Positions 25,081 through 39,468 of a stretch of 64,000 nt of DNA are shown piece by piece. Location of the stretch: NCBI GenBank assembly GCA_905178155.1, contig CAJINV010000024.1, positions 352,715 through 416,714 of the forward strand, in the 5' to 3' direction. The notes below the pieces were generated by a model. That model was not told the DNA's origin, searched no databases, and saw only the letters and a list, made by a program, of their open reading frames with translations. The number at the start of each line of letters is the position of its first letter. The first letter of the stretch is position 1. Source of the DNA: Amoebophrya sp. A120. Taxonomy: Eukaryota > Protista > Dinoflagellata. Position numbers and translations under genes: made by a program.

Positions 25081-26800
25081 CTGGACGCGCTTGGCGCGCG
25101 AACAGTTCTCCATGGGAAAACCACCCCACAGTGCCCCGACCTGCATCGCCGACGGCTGGACGCGCTTGGCGCGCGGACAGTCAGCCCAGGACACCAATTG
25201 CGAGAGAGTAGCAGCCCAGGGAGCAGCCGCGACCACGACTGGACGCGCTTGGCGCGCGGACAAACAGGCAGCGACGCGCTCGAAGGAACCGCAACAGCAC
25301 CAGGACCCGCAGTGGTGGCTGGACGCGCTTGGCGCGCGGACAGAAAGTCAAGGACGCCTCAGCCACGAGAGAGGAACAGCCCAGGGAGCAGCCGCGGCCA
25401 CCACTGGACGCACTTGGCGCGCGGACAGACAGCACTAGGACCTGCCGTGACGGCTGGACGCGCTTGGCGCGCGGACAGTCAGTCAAGGACGCCAGAGCCA
25501 CGAGAGAGGAACAGCCCAGGGAGCAGCCGCGACCACGACTGGACGCGCTTGGCGCGCGGACAGACAGGCAGCGACGCCTTCCATGGGACCGCGACAGAAC
25601 CAAGACCCGTCGTGACGACTGGACGCGCCTGGCGTGCGGACAGTCAGTCACGGAAGCGGGCAACTGGAGAGCAACAGCCGAAGGAGCAGCTGCGACCACA
25701 ACTGGACGCGCTTGGCGCGTGGACAGTCGGTTAAGGACGCCAAAGCCACGAGAGAGAAACATCCCAGGGAGCAGCCGCGACCACGACTGGACGCGCTTGG
25801 CGCGCGGACAGACAGGCAGCGACGCCTTCCACGGGACCGCGACAGAACCAGGATCCGCCGCGACCACCACTGGACGCGCTTGGCGCGCGGACAGTCAGGT
25901 AAGGACGCCAGAGCCACGAGACAGCAACAGCCTAGGGGGCAGCCGCGACCACCGCTGGACACGCTTGGCGCGCGGATAGACAGTCAAGGACGCTTTCCAC
26001 GGGACCGCTATAGCACCAGGACCCGCCATGACCGCTGGACGCGCTTAGCGCGCGGACAGACAGCCAAGGGCGCCAGACCTACGAGAGAGGAACAGCCCAG
26101 GGAGCAGGCGCGACCACCACTGGACGCGCTTGGCGCGCGGACAGACAGGCAGCGACGCCTCCCATGGGACCGCGACAGAAGCAGGACCCGCAGTGACGAC
26201 TGGACGCGCTTGGCGCGCGGACAGTCAGTTAGGGACGCCAGAGCCACGCGAGAGCAACAGCCCAGGGAGCAGCCGCGACCACGACTGGACGCGCTTGGCG
26301 TGCGGACAGACAGTCAAGGACGCTCTCCACTGAGCCGCGACCGCACCAGGACCCGCCGGGACGGCTGGACGCGCTTGGCGCGCGGACAGCCAATCAGGGG
26401 CGCCAGAGCCACGAGAGAGGAACAGCCTGGGGAGCAGCCGCGACCACCGCTGGACGCGCTTGGCGCGCGGACAGACAGTCAAGGACGCTTTCCACGGGAC
26501 TGCGACAGAACCAGGGCCCGCCGCGACGACTGGACGCGCCTGGCGCGCGGACAGACAGGCAGCGGCGCGCCCAAAGGAGCCGCAACAGCACCAGGACCCG
26601 CCGTGACGGCTGAACGCGCTTGGCGCGCGGACAGGCAGGCAAGGACGCCAGAACCACGAGACAGCAACAGCCCAGGGAGCAGCCGCGACCACCACTGGAC
26701 GCGCTTGGCGCGCGGACAGACACTCAAGGACGCTTGCCACGGGACCGCGACAGAACAAGGACCCGCCGTGATGGTTGGACGCGCTTGGCGCGCGGACAGA
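25081..26800. repeat. Alternating dimeric repeat (~165 bp = 85+80) with 25-bp core CTGGACGCGCTTGGCGCGCGGACAG, ~22 copies
   Basis: Core counted directly; spacers fall into two related classes. Confidence 0.95.
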
Positions 26801-26922
26801 CAGTCACCGCAACCACGGGACCGCAGACAGAACCAAGACGTGAGGGTACACCGCAACCTCTGCCTGGCGGCAAAGAAGACGTGGAGGTACACCGCGACCT
26901 CCGTTCAGTGGCAACCACGTGG

Positions 26923-27190
26923 TATCAAGTGCAAATATATCTGGGTCTGGATAGATAGAACTTGTAATGCTGCATTTGGATTCCAAAGAAATCTGTATTG
27001 CATGAGCAGCAAAGAGAATGCACTTTTTGCTACGCGGGCAGGGAAATTGTCATGAGTAATAGGCATCCAGAAGCCCTTGCCCTCAAAAACAGTTGTGATG
27101 CTAGGACCTGCATCACAGACTTCACGGGCGATGCAAAATGTGCATGACAAACTGCGAGTCTTGCAGACCCAGACATATTTGCAATCCATA
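26923..27190. mobile_element. TAT...ATA element, inverted relative to 15108-15387
   Basis: TIR tatcaagtgcaaatatatctgggtctgg / cagacccagacatatttgcaatccata; perfect direct repeat cgtgg. Confidence 0.95.
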
Positions 27191-27679
27191 CGTGGAGGTA
27201 CGAAGGCACCATCCCAGGAAAACTAATAGTGGCAAGAAGTAGGGCTAGGAGATACTCAAACCGCCGCCTCCTGGAGCAGTAGGGGCGCTGAGCTACACTG
27301 CGCACTCCTGGAGCGGTATCAGCGAGGAGGTACATTGCAGGCGAGGAATTTCTACGCATAGGAGGCGAGAAGGGTGGACCGTGCAGCTACTTGCAGGCCA
27401 CCTGAGACTACTACAGCAACTCAAGCTCCGGTAATTTTGATTCGCAGAGCAGCTTTTGACAAGCGAGAAGGGTGATTGTTCGTGCACTTCAGTACTTGCA
27501 GGCCACCTGAGACTACAGCTGAAGCTCCGAAAATTCCGGTTTGTAGTGCAGCTTTTTCGACGTGGGCCGGGTGTGTTGTGCAGTTTCTTGCAGGCCACCT
27601 AAGGCAGGAACCGAGTCTACGGAAATTTTGATTCCCAGTCCTACAACTTGCAGCCAGCCGGGGCTTGCCGTGCAGCTTT

Positions 27680-27852
27680 CAACCAGCAATGCGACATTCC
27701 TGAACCAGCAATGCGACCTTCCTGAACCAGCAATGCGGCCTTTCTTTGCCGGGCTGCACATGAACCAGCAATGCGACCGTACAAAGGAACCGTACCGACT
27801 GAGCAACCTTACCGACTGAGCAACCTTACCGACTGAGCAACCGTACTGAGCA
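27680..27852. repeat. Short tandem repeats (aaccagcaatgcg x4; accgactgagcaacc x3)
   Basis: Seen directly. Confidence 0.75.
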
Positions 27853-28275
27853 GCCAACAACTGCGAGCCTCGCTGGCTCGACGCCACACTCGCAGTCTGC
27901 TGAGGAGTTTTTCGATAGCTAGAAGCTACGAAGGCGGGACGCCGTTCCATCGCCGGGGCGAAGCCATCCACTTTGGCAGAAGAGATATGTCCTCGTAAAG
28001 AGAACGCGCGAAGATGAAAAGAAAATTGCTCGAGGAGAAAAAAGAAAAGCGTGATCGCTCAGCATGTGGAAAAAGCAATGAAGATAGGCAGCAAGTTCAC
28101 TGAAACCAATATTAAAATACCCTTGCACGTCGACTTCGAGTTGTGTTCTGTGTCGCATATTGAACAATGTTCATTATCATCATTTTATTTGGTTGGTCGG
28201 TGAAAGAGTCGTAACCGTAAGTAAAGTCGGCTGCGGATTCCTGTATGCACCAAAAAACAAGGATCTCCAGCTCCT

Positions 28276-28574
28276 TATCCTGAGTCAAAAACATTCCCAC
28301 CCCAGAATTGCCACGCAGATTTGCAAAACCAAAATGCTCTCATATGCAGCCTCATAAGGAGGATTTTATTTTTCTCTCCTGGGAGTTTGTCATGCCAAAG
28401 TCCAAGTCGGGATAGGTAAATGAAAATGGATTTGTGCTGGTGTGGCTTCACAGGCAAAGCACATTTACACTGCAAGGCCGGACTCGTCATGCGCAACAGC
28501 CAAAGCTGGGTGGTTTGTGCATTGCAAAATCCCAACTATTTGAATCTGGTGTGGAGATGTTTTTACACAGGATA
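28276..28574. mobile_element. TAT...ATA element; host gene not resolved
   Basis: TIR tatcctgagtcaaaaacat / atgtttttacacaggata; direct repeat ctcct/ctccg. Confidence 0.85.
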
Positions 28575-29145
28575 CTCCGGCAGACTTCCGATCCTATGTG
28601 AACGGCGACGTGGGTTGGTAGGATCGATTGTGAGACAGTTCTAGAAGGCCTGTCGGCGAGGCGCTGCAAAGAAAGTAACGATACACATACACTTCACCTC
28701 TATCGACGAATAGTTGGTCGGTGTGACTTGAAAGCAGGCCTGTGCCACGACAAACTTGATCTGCAAACAAATGATGGCACGAACCAACTCTCATCAAACG
28801 TTTTTTCGTAAATGGATGCTAGACAAAGTTGATTTGTCACAAAGTTGCCCGAGGGTATTCTCGATGCAGCGAGTTTAGGGCTTTCGCAGTTGGGGAAATC
28901 AACTCGGAGCACAAAACGCATGACAAACTTGATTTGTCACAAAGTTGCCCGACGAGGGTATTCTCGACGCAGCGAGTTTGGGGCTTTCGCACTTGGAGAA
29001 ATCCACTCGGAGGCCTCTCTTCTTGAGGTGGCCTTCTCTGACTTGCTTTGTCGCCCTACTTTCCCATGGGAGTCTGAGCACGAAGTAGGTAAGAATTTTC
29101 TTGCTAATTTAGCGAGAAGAATTTGGGCTGCATTTTCATACAAGA

Positions 29146-32100
29146 TGCATGACAGACTTGATTTGTCACAAAGTTGCCCGAGGGTATTCTCGATGCGGCG
29201 AATTTAGGGCTTTCGCAGTTGGGGAAATCAACTCGAACACAAAACGCATGACAAACTTGATTTGTCACAAAGTTGCCCGAGGGTATTCTCGATGCGGCGA
29301 ATTTAGGGCTTTCGCAGTTGGGGAAATCAACTCGAACACAAAACGCATGACAAACTTGATTTGTCACAAAGTTGCCCGAGGGTATTCTCGATGCGGCGAA
29401 TTTAGGGCTTTCGCAGTTGGGGAAATCAACTCGAACACAAAACGCATGACAAACTTGATTTGTCACAAAGTTGCCCGAGGGTATTCTCGATGCGGCGAAT
29501 TTAGGGCTTTCGCAGTTGGGGAAATCAACTCGAACACAAAACGCATGACAAACTTGATTTGTCACAAAGTTGCCCGAGGGTATTCTCGATGCGGCGAATT
29601 TAGGGCTTTCGCAGTTGGGGAAATCAACTCGAACACAAAACGCATGACAAACTTGATTTGTCACAAAGTTGCCCGAGGGTATTCTCGATGCGGCGAATTT
29701 AGGGCTTTCGCAGTTGGGGAAATCAACTCGAACACAAAACGCATGACAAACTTGATTTGTCACAAAGTTGCCCGAGGGTATTCTCGATGCGGCGAATTTA
29801 GGGCTTTCGCAGTTGGGGAAATCAACTCGAACACAAAACGCATGACAAACTTGATTTGTCACAAAGTTGCCCGAGGGTATTCTCGATGCGGCGAATTTAG
29901 GGCTTTCGCAGTTGGGGAAATCAACTCGAACACAAAACGCATGACAAACTTGATTTGTCACAAAGTTGCCCGAGGGTATTCTCGATGCGGCGAATTTAGG
30001 GCTTTCGCAGTTGGGGAAATCAACTCGAACACAAAACGCATGACAAACTTGATTTGTCACAAAGTTGCCCGAGGGTATTCTCGATGCGGCGAATTTAGGG
30101 CTTTCGCAGTTGGGGAAATCAACTCGAACACAAAACGCATGACAAACTTGATTTGTCACAAAGTTGCCCGAGGGTATTCTCGATGCGGCGAATTTAGGGC
30201 TTTCGCAGTTGGGGAAATCAACTCGAACACAAAACGCATGACAAACTTGATTTGTCACAAAGTTGCCCGAGGGTATTCTCGATGCGGCGAATTTAGGGCT
30301 TTCGCAGTTGGGGAAATCAACTCGAACACAAAACGCATGACAAACTTGATTTGTCACAAAGTTGCCCGAGGGTATTCTCGATGCGGCGAATTTAGGGCTT
30401 TCGCAGTTGGGGAAATCAACTCGAACACAAAACGCATGACAAACTTGATTTGTCACAAAGTTGCCCGAGGGTATTCTCGATGCGGCGAATTTAGGGCTTT
30501 CGCAGTTGGGGAAATCAACTCGAACACAAAACGCATGACAAACTTGATTTGTCACAAAGTTGCCCGAGGGTATTCTCGATGCGGCGAATTTAGGGCTTTC
30601 GCAGTTGGGGAAATCAACTCGAACACAAAACGCATGACAAACTTGATTTGTCACAAAGTTGCCCGAGGGTATTCTCGATGCGGCGAATTTAGGGCTTTCG
30701 CAGTTGGGGAAATCAACTCGAACACAAAACGCATGACAAACTTGATTTGTCACAAAGTTGCCCGAGGGTATTCTCGATGCGGCGAATTTAGGGCTTTCGC
30801 AGTTGGGGAAATCAACTCGAACACAAAACGCATGACAAACTTGATTTGTCACAAAGTTGCCCGAGGGTATTCTCGATGCGGCGAATTTAGGGCTTTCGCA
30901 GTTGGGGAAATCAACTCGAACACAAAACGCATGACAAACTTGATTTGTCACAAAGTTGCCCGAGGGTATTCTCGATGCGGCGAATTTAGGGCTTTCGCAG
31001 TTGGGGAAATCAACTCGAACACAAAACGCATGACAAACTTGATTTGTCACAAAGTTGCCCGAGGGTATTCTCGATGCGGCGAATTTAGGGCTTTCGCAGT
31101 TGGGGAAATCAACTCGAACACAAAACGCATGACAAACTTGATTTGTCACAAAGTTGCCCGAGGGTATTCTCGATGCGGCGAATTTAGGGCTTTCGCAGTT
31201 GGGGAAATCAACTCGAACACAAAACGCATGACAAACTTGATTTGTCACAAAGTTGCCCGAGGGTATTCTCGATGCGGCGAATTTAGGGCTTTCGCAGTTG
31301 GGGAAATCAACTCGAACACAAAACGCATGACAAACTTGATTTGTCACAAAGTTGCCCGAGGGTATTCTCGATGCGGCGAATTTAGGGCTTTCGCAGTTGG
31401 GGAAATCAACTCGAACACAAAACGCATGACAAACTTGATTTGTCACAAAGTTGCCCGAGGGTATTCTCGATGCGGCGAATTTAGGGCTTTCGCAGTTGGG
31501 GAAATCAACTCGAACACAAAACGCATGACAAACTTGATTTGTCACAAAGTTGCCCGAGGGTATTCTCGATGCGGCGAATTTAGGGCTTTCGCAGTTGGGG
31601 AAATCAACTCGAACACAAAACGCATGACAAACTTGATTTGTCACAAAGTTGCCCGAGGGTATTCTCGATGCGGCGAATTTAGGGCTTTCGCAGTTGGGGA
31701 AATCAACTCGAACACAAAACGCATGACAAACTTGATTTGTCACAAAGTTGCCCGAGGGTATTCTCGATGCGGCGAATTTAGGGCTTTCGCAGTTGGGGAA
31801 ATCAACTCGAACACAAAACGCATGACAAACTTGATTTGTCACAAAGTTGCCCGAGGGTATTCTCGATGCGGCGAATTTAGGGCTTTCGCAGTTGGGGAAA
31901 TCAACTCGAACACAAAACGCATGACAAACTTGATTTGTCACAAAGTTGCCCGAGGGTATTCTCGATGCGGCGAATTTAGGGCTTTCGCAGTTGGGGAAAT
32001 CAACTCGAACACAAAACGCATGACAAACTTGATTTGTCACAAAGTTGCCCGAGGGTATTCTCGATGCGGCGAATTTAGGGCTTTCGCAGTTGGGGAAATC

Positions 32101-34410
32101 AACTCGAACACAAAACGCATGACAAACTTGATTTGTCACAAAGTTGCCCGAGGGTATTCTCGATGCGGCGAATTTAGGGCTTTCGCAGTTGGGGAAATCA
32201 ACTCGAACACAAAACGCATGACAAACTTGATTTGTCACAAAGTTGCCCGAGGGTATTCTCGATGCGGCGAATTTAGGGCTTTCGCAGTTGGGGAAATCAA
32301 CTCGAACACAAAACGCATGACAAACTTGATTTGTCACAAAGTTGCCCGAGGGTATTCTCGATGCGGCGAATTTAGGGCTTTCGCAGTTGGGGAAATCAAC
32401 TCGAACACAAAACGCATGACAAACTTGATTTGTCACAAAGTTGCCCGAGGGTATTCTCGATGCGGCGAATTTAGGGCTTTCGCAGTTGGGGAAATCAACT
32501 CGAACACAAAACGCATGACAAACTTGATTTGTCACAAAGTTGCCCGAGGGTATTCTCGATGCGGCGAATTTAGGGCTTTCGCAGTTGGGGAAATCAACTC
32601 GAACACAAAACGCATGACAAACTTGATTTGTCACAAAGTTGCCCGAGGGTATTCTCGATGCGGCGAATTTAGGGCTTTCGCAGTTGGGGAAATCAACTCG
32701 AACACAAAACGCATGACAAACTTGATTTGTCACAAAGTTGCCCGAGGGTATTCTCGATGCGGCGAATTTAGGGCTTTCGCAGTTGGGGAAATCAACTCGA
32801 ACACAAAACGCATGACAAACTTGATTTGTCACAAAGTTGCCCGAGGGTATTCTCGATGCGGCGAATTTAGGGCTTTCGCAGTTGGGGAAATCAACTCGAA
32901 CACAAAACGCATGACAAACTTGATTTGTCACAAAGTTGCCCGAGGGTATTCTCGATGCGGCGAATTTAGGGCTTTCGCAGTTGGGGAAATCAACTCGAAC
33001 ACAAAACGCATGACAAACTTGATTTGTCACAAAGTTGCCCGAGGGTATTCTCGATGCGGCGAATTTAGGGCTTTCGCAGTTGGGGAAATCAACTCGAACA
33101 CAAAACGCATGACAAACTTGATTTGTCACAAAGTTGCCCGAGGGTATTCTCGATGCGGCGAATTTAGGGCTTTCGCAGTTGGGGAAATCAACTCGAACAC
33201 AAAACGCATGACAAACTTGATTTGTCACAAAGTTGCCCGAGGGTATTCTCGATGCGGCGAATTTAGGGCTTTCGCAGTTGGGGAAATCAACTCGAACACA
33301 AAACGCATGACAAACTTGATTTGTCACAAAGTTGCCCGAGGGTATTCTCGATGCGGCGAATTTAGGGCTTTCGCAGTTGGGGAAATCAACTCGAACACAA
33401 AACGCATGACAAACTTGATTTGTCACAAAGTTGCCCGAGGGTATTCTCGATGCGGCGAATTTAGGGCTTTCGCAGTTGGGGAAATCAACTCGAACACAAA
33501 ACGCATGACAAACTTGATTTGTCACAAAGTTGCCCGAGGGTATTCTCGATGCGGCGAATTTAGGGCTTTCGCAGTTGGGGAAATCAACTCGAACACAAAA
33601 CGCATGACAAACTTGATTTGTCACAAAGTTGCCCGAGGGTATTCTCGATGCGGCGAATTTAGGGCTTTCGCAGTTGGGGAAATCAACTCGAACACAAAAC
33701 GCATGACAAACTTGATTTGTCACAAAGTTGCCCGAGGGTATTCTCGATGCGGCGAATTTAGGGCTTTCGCAGTTGGGGAAATCAACTCGAACACAAAACG
33801 CATGACAAACTTGATTTGTCACAAAGTTGCCCGAGGGTATTCTCGATGCGGCGAATTTAGGGCTTTCGCAGTTGGGGAAATCAACTCGAACACAAAACGC
33901 ATGACAAACTTGATTTGTCACAAAGTTGCCCGAGGGTATTCTCGATGCGGCGAATTTAGGGCTTTCGCAGTTGGGGAAATCAACTCGAACACAAAACGCA
34001 TGACAAACTTGATTTGTCACAAAGTTGCCCGAGGGTATTCTCGATGCGGCGAATTTAGGGCTTTCGCAGTTGGGGAAATCAACTCGAACACAAAACGCAT
34101 GACAAACTTGATTTGTCACAAAGTTGCCCGAGGGTATTCTCGATGCGGCGAATTTAGGGCTTTCGCAGTTGGGGAAATCAACTCGAACACAAAACGCATG
34201 ACAAACTTGATTTGTCACAAAGTTGCCCGAGGGTATTCTCGATGCGGCGAATTTAGGGCTTTCGCAGTTGGGGAAATCAACTCGAACACAAAACGCATGA
34301 CAAACTTGATTTGTCACAAAGTTGCCCGAGGGTATTCTCGATGCGGCGAATTTAGGGCTTTCGCAGTTGGGGAAATCAACTCGAACACAAAACGCATGAC
34401 AAACTTGATT
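29146..34410. repeat. 99-bp satellite, ~53 essentially identical copies, ending at an N
   Basis: Unit gcatgacaaacttgatttgtcacaaagttgcccgagggtattctcgatgcggcgaatttagggctttcgcagttggggaaatcaactcgaacacaaaac; N at 34411; diverged precursor copies at 28820-29140. Confidence 0.98.
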
Positions 34411-34411
34411 N

Positions 34412-37400
34412 ATTTTTCTGCTTTGAGGCAAGCCAAACACAGTGCGAGGGACTGCGCTTTCATTTTGTGGGAAACACGGCCTACACTTGATTTGTCACAA
34501 TTTTGCACGAGGGTATTCTGGACTGGAGACTTTCCTACGGCCTAAACTTGATTTGTCACAATTTCGCGCCAGGGTATTCTGGACTATAGACTTTTCTACG
34601 GCCTAATCTTGATTTGTCACACTTTTGCACGAGGGTATTCTGGACTAGAGACTTTTCTACGGCCTAATCTTGATTTGGCACAATTTTGCGCGAAGGTATT
34701 CTGGACCAGAGACTTTTCGGCCAAACTTGGCCCGTGCCATACTCCTGGGAAGGACCCCTTTTTGGGTCATTTTTTTGCCCAGATTCCGCACTGAATCACG
34801 GGCATTTGCAAGCTTTTCATGGCAAATTGGGTGAAGATGGAAGCTTCTCTAAATGACTTCTGTTTCTCTCTCCGAAAAATATGCATGACAAACTTGATTT
34901 GTGACCAAGTTGCCCAGCGGTATTCTGGGCGATGCCATTTTTGGCTACTGCCTGGCAATGCCAGCTTTGGGCCAGCAGCGCTTTCTGCTTCCAGGCAACA
35001 CAAACTTGATTTGTAACCAAGTTGCCGAATGGTATTCTGGGCGATGCGTTTTTTGGCTATTGCCAGCTTTGGGCCAGCAGCGTTTTCTGCTTCCAGGCAA
35101 CACAAACTTGATTTGTAACCAAGTTGCCCGATGGTATTCTGGGCGAAGCCTTTTTTGGCCTTTGTCAGCTTTTTTCGGGCAGATTTTTCTGCTCTGAGGC
35201 AAGCCAAACACAGTGCGAGGGACTGCGCTTTCATTTTGTGGGAAACACAGCCTACACTTGATTTGTCACAATTTTGCACGAGGGTGTTCTGGACTGGAGA
35301 CTTTCCTACGGCCTAAACTTGATTTGTCACAATTTTGCACGAGGGTATTCTAGAGTAGAGACTTTTCTACGGCCTAATCTTGATTTGTCACAATTTTGCG
35401 CGAGGGTATTCTGGAGTATAGACTTTTCTACGGCCTGATCTTGATTTGTCACAATTTTGCGCGAAGGTATTCTGGACCAGAGACTTTTCTACGGCCTAAT
35501 CTTGATTTGTCACAATTTTGCGCGAGGGTATTCTGGACTAGAGACTTTTCTACGGCCTAATCTTGATTTGTCACAATTTTGCGCGAGGGTATTCTGGACT
35601 AGAGACTTTTCTACGGCCTAATCTTGATTTGTCACAATTTTGCGCGAAGGTATTCTGGACCAGAGACTTTTCGGCCAAACTTGGCCAGTGCCACACTCCT
35701 GGGAAGGACCCCATTTTGGGTCATTTTTTTGCCCAGATTCCGCACTGGATTCCGGGCATTTGCAAGCTTTTCATGGCAAATTAGGCGCTGGAAGCTTTTC
35801 TGAATGATTTCCATCTCCGAAAAATATGCATGACAAACTTGATTTGTAACCAAGTTGCCCGATGGTATTCTGGGCAGCCCCTTTGTTGGCTCTTGCTAGC
35901 GCTGGACAGCATATTCGTCTTCGAGGCAAGGCAAACACAGCGCGCGACCGTGGGGCCTCCTCCCCACATGTAGGTCTGGCGTGAGAATACTCTGGCTTGT
36001 GCATATTGGTTTCCCGAACTCTTGTCAATTCTCAGAAATTTGCATGACAAACTTGATTTGTAACCAAGTTGCCCAACGGTATTCTGGACGATGCCATTTT
36101 TTGGCTATTGCCAGCTTTGGCCCAGCAGCTTTTTTTTCTTCCAGGCAAGACAAACTTGATTTGTCACAAAATTGCCCGACGGTATTCTCGACGCAGCGGA
36201 TTTGGGGCTTTCACAGTTGAGGAAATCAACTCGGAGCACAAAACGCATGACGAACTTGATTTGTCACAAAGTTGCCCGAGGGTATTCTCGACGAAGCGGG
36301 TTGGGGGCTTTCACAGTTGGAGAAATCCACTCGGAGGCCTCTCTTCTTGAGGTGGCCTTCTCTGACTTGCTTTCCAAACTTGATTTGTCACAAAGTTGCC
36401 CGGCGGTATTCTCCACGAAGCGAGTTGAGGGCCTTCGCAGTTGGAGAAATCAACTTGGAGGCCTCTCTTTTTGAGATGGCTTGCTCTGCCTTGCGTTGTC
36501 GCCCCAATTCCGAATGTGAATCTGGCCAGTAGCAAGCTTGTCGCTCTAATTTTAGCTAGAAGACTTCGAGCTACATTTTTGCACGCGGCGCATGACAAAC
36601 TTGATTTGTCACAAAGTTGCCCGGCGGTATTCTCCACGAAGCGAGTTGAGGGCCTTCGCAGTTGGAGAAATCAACGTGGAGGCCTCTCTTTTTGAGATGG
36701 CCTCCTCTGCCTTGCGTTGTCGCCCCAATTCCCAATGGGAATCTGGCCAGTAGCAAGCTTGTCGCTCTAATTTTTGGTAGAAGGCTTTGCGCTACATTTT
36801 TGCACGCGGCGCATGACAAACTTGATTTGTCACAAAGTTGCCCCACGGTATTCTCGAGTTGAGGGCTTTCGCAGTTGGAGAAGTCAGCTTGTAGGCCTCT
36901 CTTTTTGAGATGGCCTCCTCTGCCTTGCGTTGTCGCCCCAATTCCCAATGGGAATCTGGCCAGTAGCAAGCTTGTCGCTCTAATTAATTTTAGGCAGAAG
37001 ACTTTGAGCTACATTTTTGCACGCGCCGCATGACAAACTTGATTTGTCACAAAGTTGCCCGACGGTATTCTCCACGAGGCGGATTTGGGGCTTTCGCAGT
37101 TGGAAGCGTTTTTTCAGCTTTTTCAGGTTTGGGGAACACTTCTCGGGGCAGACATGAAGCCCCTTACGCACATGTTGTTGCTCTAGGCTGGGAGTAGTTT
37201 GCCTTTCAAATTACAGCCTCTCGAATTCGTGTTAATCTTTCCCAAACTTGCATGACAGACTTGATTTGTAACCAAGTTGCCCAACGGTATTCTGGGCGAT
37301 GCCTCTTTTGGCTAACAAACTTGATTTGTAACCAAGTTGCCCGAGGGTATTCTGGGCCACGTCGTTGGACAGCATTTTCTTCTTCGAGGCGAGGCAAACA

Positions 37401-38122
37401 CAGCGCGCCGGGCGCGCACCCACGGGGCCCCCTCCTCCCCGCATGTAGGTCTGGTGTGGGAGTGCTCTGGCTTGCGCATTTGGGTTTCCCGAAGTATTGC
37501 CAATTCTCCGGAATTTCCATGCCAAACTTGATTTGTAACCAAGTTGCCCAACGGTATTCTGGGCGATGCCTTTTTTGGCTATTGCCAGCTTTCGGCCAGC
37601 AGTGTTTTCTGCTTCCAGGCAAGACACACTTGATTTGTAACCAAGTTGCCCAATGGTATTCTGGGCGATGCCTTTTTTGGCTATTGCCTGCTTTGGGCCA
37701 GCAGTGTTTTTTGCTTCCAGGCAAGACAAGCTTGATTTGTAACCAAGTTGCCCAACGGTATTCTGGCCGAAGCGTTTTTTGTACCTTTTGCAACTTTGGG
37801 AAACATTTCCTGTTTTGAGGCAACGCAATAAAGACAGTGCGCTTTGGGGCAACGCTAAGGCAGTCGCCCATTTTTCCCAGATTTGCATGACAAACTTGAT
37901 TTGTAATCAAGTTTCCCAAGGGTATTCTGGATAAAGCCTTTTTTGGCTTTTTTTGGTAGCTTCGGGTAATATTTTCTGCTTCGAGGCATGGAGCCGCTTT
38001 CGCCAACGCTGGTATACGGTGGAAGTAGTTTGTCTTGCACATTTAAGTTCCTCAAAGTCTTCCCCATTTTTTCCAAGTTTTCATGAGAAATTTGCTTTGT
38101 AACCAAGTTGCCTGACGGTATT
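34412..38122. repeat. Diverged satellite derivatives (61-bp, ~105-bp and ~230-bp units) sharing the core CTTGATTTGT..AA..TT(G/T)C...GGTATTCT
   Basis: 61-bp units at 34486-34720 and 35257-35680; longer units in 34880-35160 and 36040-37930. Confidence 0.9.
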
Positions 38123-39468
38123 TCAACCTCAGCGCTGTTTTAGCTTTTTCCGGCTTTGAGTACTAATGTTCAATCCAGCAGGAGCTTTCAAGATCTTTCG
38201 CTGTAGTTGATTTTTTTAAGCACGAAAAAACAAATTCGGTCGCAAGAAAAAAATCGCTAGTGTTTCAGACTCAATCACTATGGTATACTTCTCCCAAAAA
38301 ATAAAAGCCCATAGAATTGTCCCAAAATAATCTAAGCTTGTGACGCCTGCACGCATAATCGCCAAATCGCAAAGTCACTTGATCACCCCATAAGGACTGC
38401 AACTTGAGTTTTTTTCTTCAGAAAAAGTTTGCAAAACGAAAAACCATCGGTCGCATCGGCTGTTGTTTCTTTTTTTTTTTGAATGCTTATACAGTATTTG
38501 TTACAGTTCGTCACCCTGGCATCTTCGGTCGTTTCATTAATTGTTTTTCCACCAGCAAACGAGAGGGCGTAGTTGTCGTCGCTCCAAAAATTGTAGCCAC
38601 AATGCAGCCCATAAGTACAAAATAGGAGCAGGGACGATGGAATAGTTCTTTGTTACACGAGTGAATAAAATGAAAACCGCCGAGTGAACAAGGAGATGAA
38701 AGAACTTTTTGCACAAAAAGCGTCCACCTTCCCGTCGTAGGATTCGAATCGAAAGTAGTGGTCTTCGGGATTTTTATTCGGTTTGATTTGTTTTGTTCCG
38801 TAGGGTCGTCCTCGTCGCAAAGTCAACTCAAGAATCACAGCCCCTTTCAACACTTGCGAGAGGAACAGAGAGAAACGACAACAAAACTACGAAACGATAA
38901 TTTCTTGTCCCCACGAAATCGAATTCGACGTATTGCCCCACGGCAGGTCTTCACAGTCGCCACGAAGCATCATTTCAAGGCATCAGTTTATCTATCGCAA
39001 TAGTTTACTTTACACTAGTTACCGTTTCGTCGTATTGGTTTCCGCATGGTGGTACGAAGATCTTCGAGACGACATCGATATAAATTATTCTGGCAACACA
39101 GTCCGGAAAGAAATCCAAATCAATCATCCGAAGTAGAAGAAGTGGTGCCTAAACGTTTTGTTCGTGACTTGATCTTCACCACTTCCCCAACAGTTCGTTG
39201 CAACAGTACAAGAAGAACATTTATTCGTCGTTGATTATTCTTTACCCACAGAGGACAATACAAATGGAGACCGGCGTGGGCCATCAACATCGATCACTTC
39301 GGCTATTGTTACAGCTGGTGACGCGCTGCTAGTCCTAGTACACTGACACGACCCATTAATTTCCTGCTCTTCATCAGCGACCGCCAGTACACGACCACTT
39401 GAACAATTGAAGAGATACACGACCCCGTCGAACACCCGTGTCCCGAGCTATATCAGCCCCGTTGCGTC

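Noticed and set aside
25081-26800. CRISPR array
   Set aside because: Spacers are not unique but two alternating homologous classes; no cas genes; eukaryotic context.
29104-34545. 1778-aa and 1798-aa ORFs
   Set aside because: A 99-bp unit is a multiple of 3, so stop-free frames repeat automatically; they are open on both strands, show no synonymous variation, and related units change frame freely.
34934-34947. gccatttttggct resembling the dinoflagellate spliced leader (CCGTAGCCATTTTGGCTCAAG)
   Set aside because: Only ~12 nt match with an extra T, the flanks do not match, and it lies in a satellite spacer whose other copies vary.
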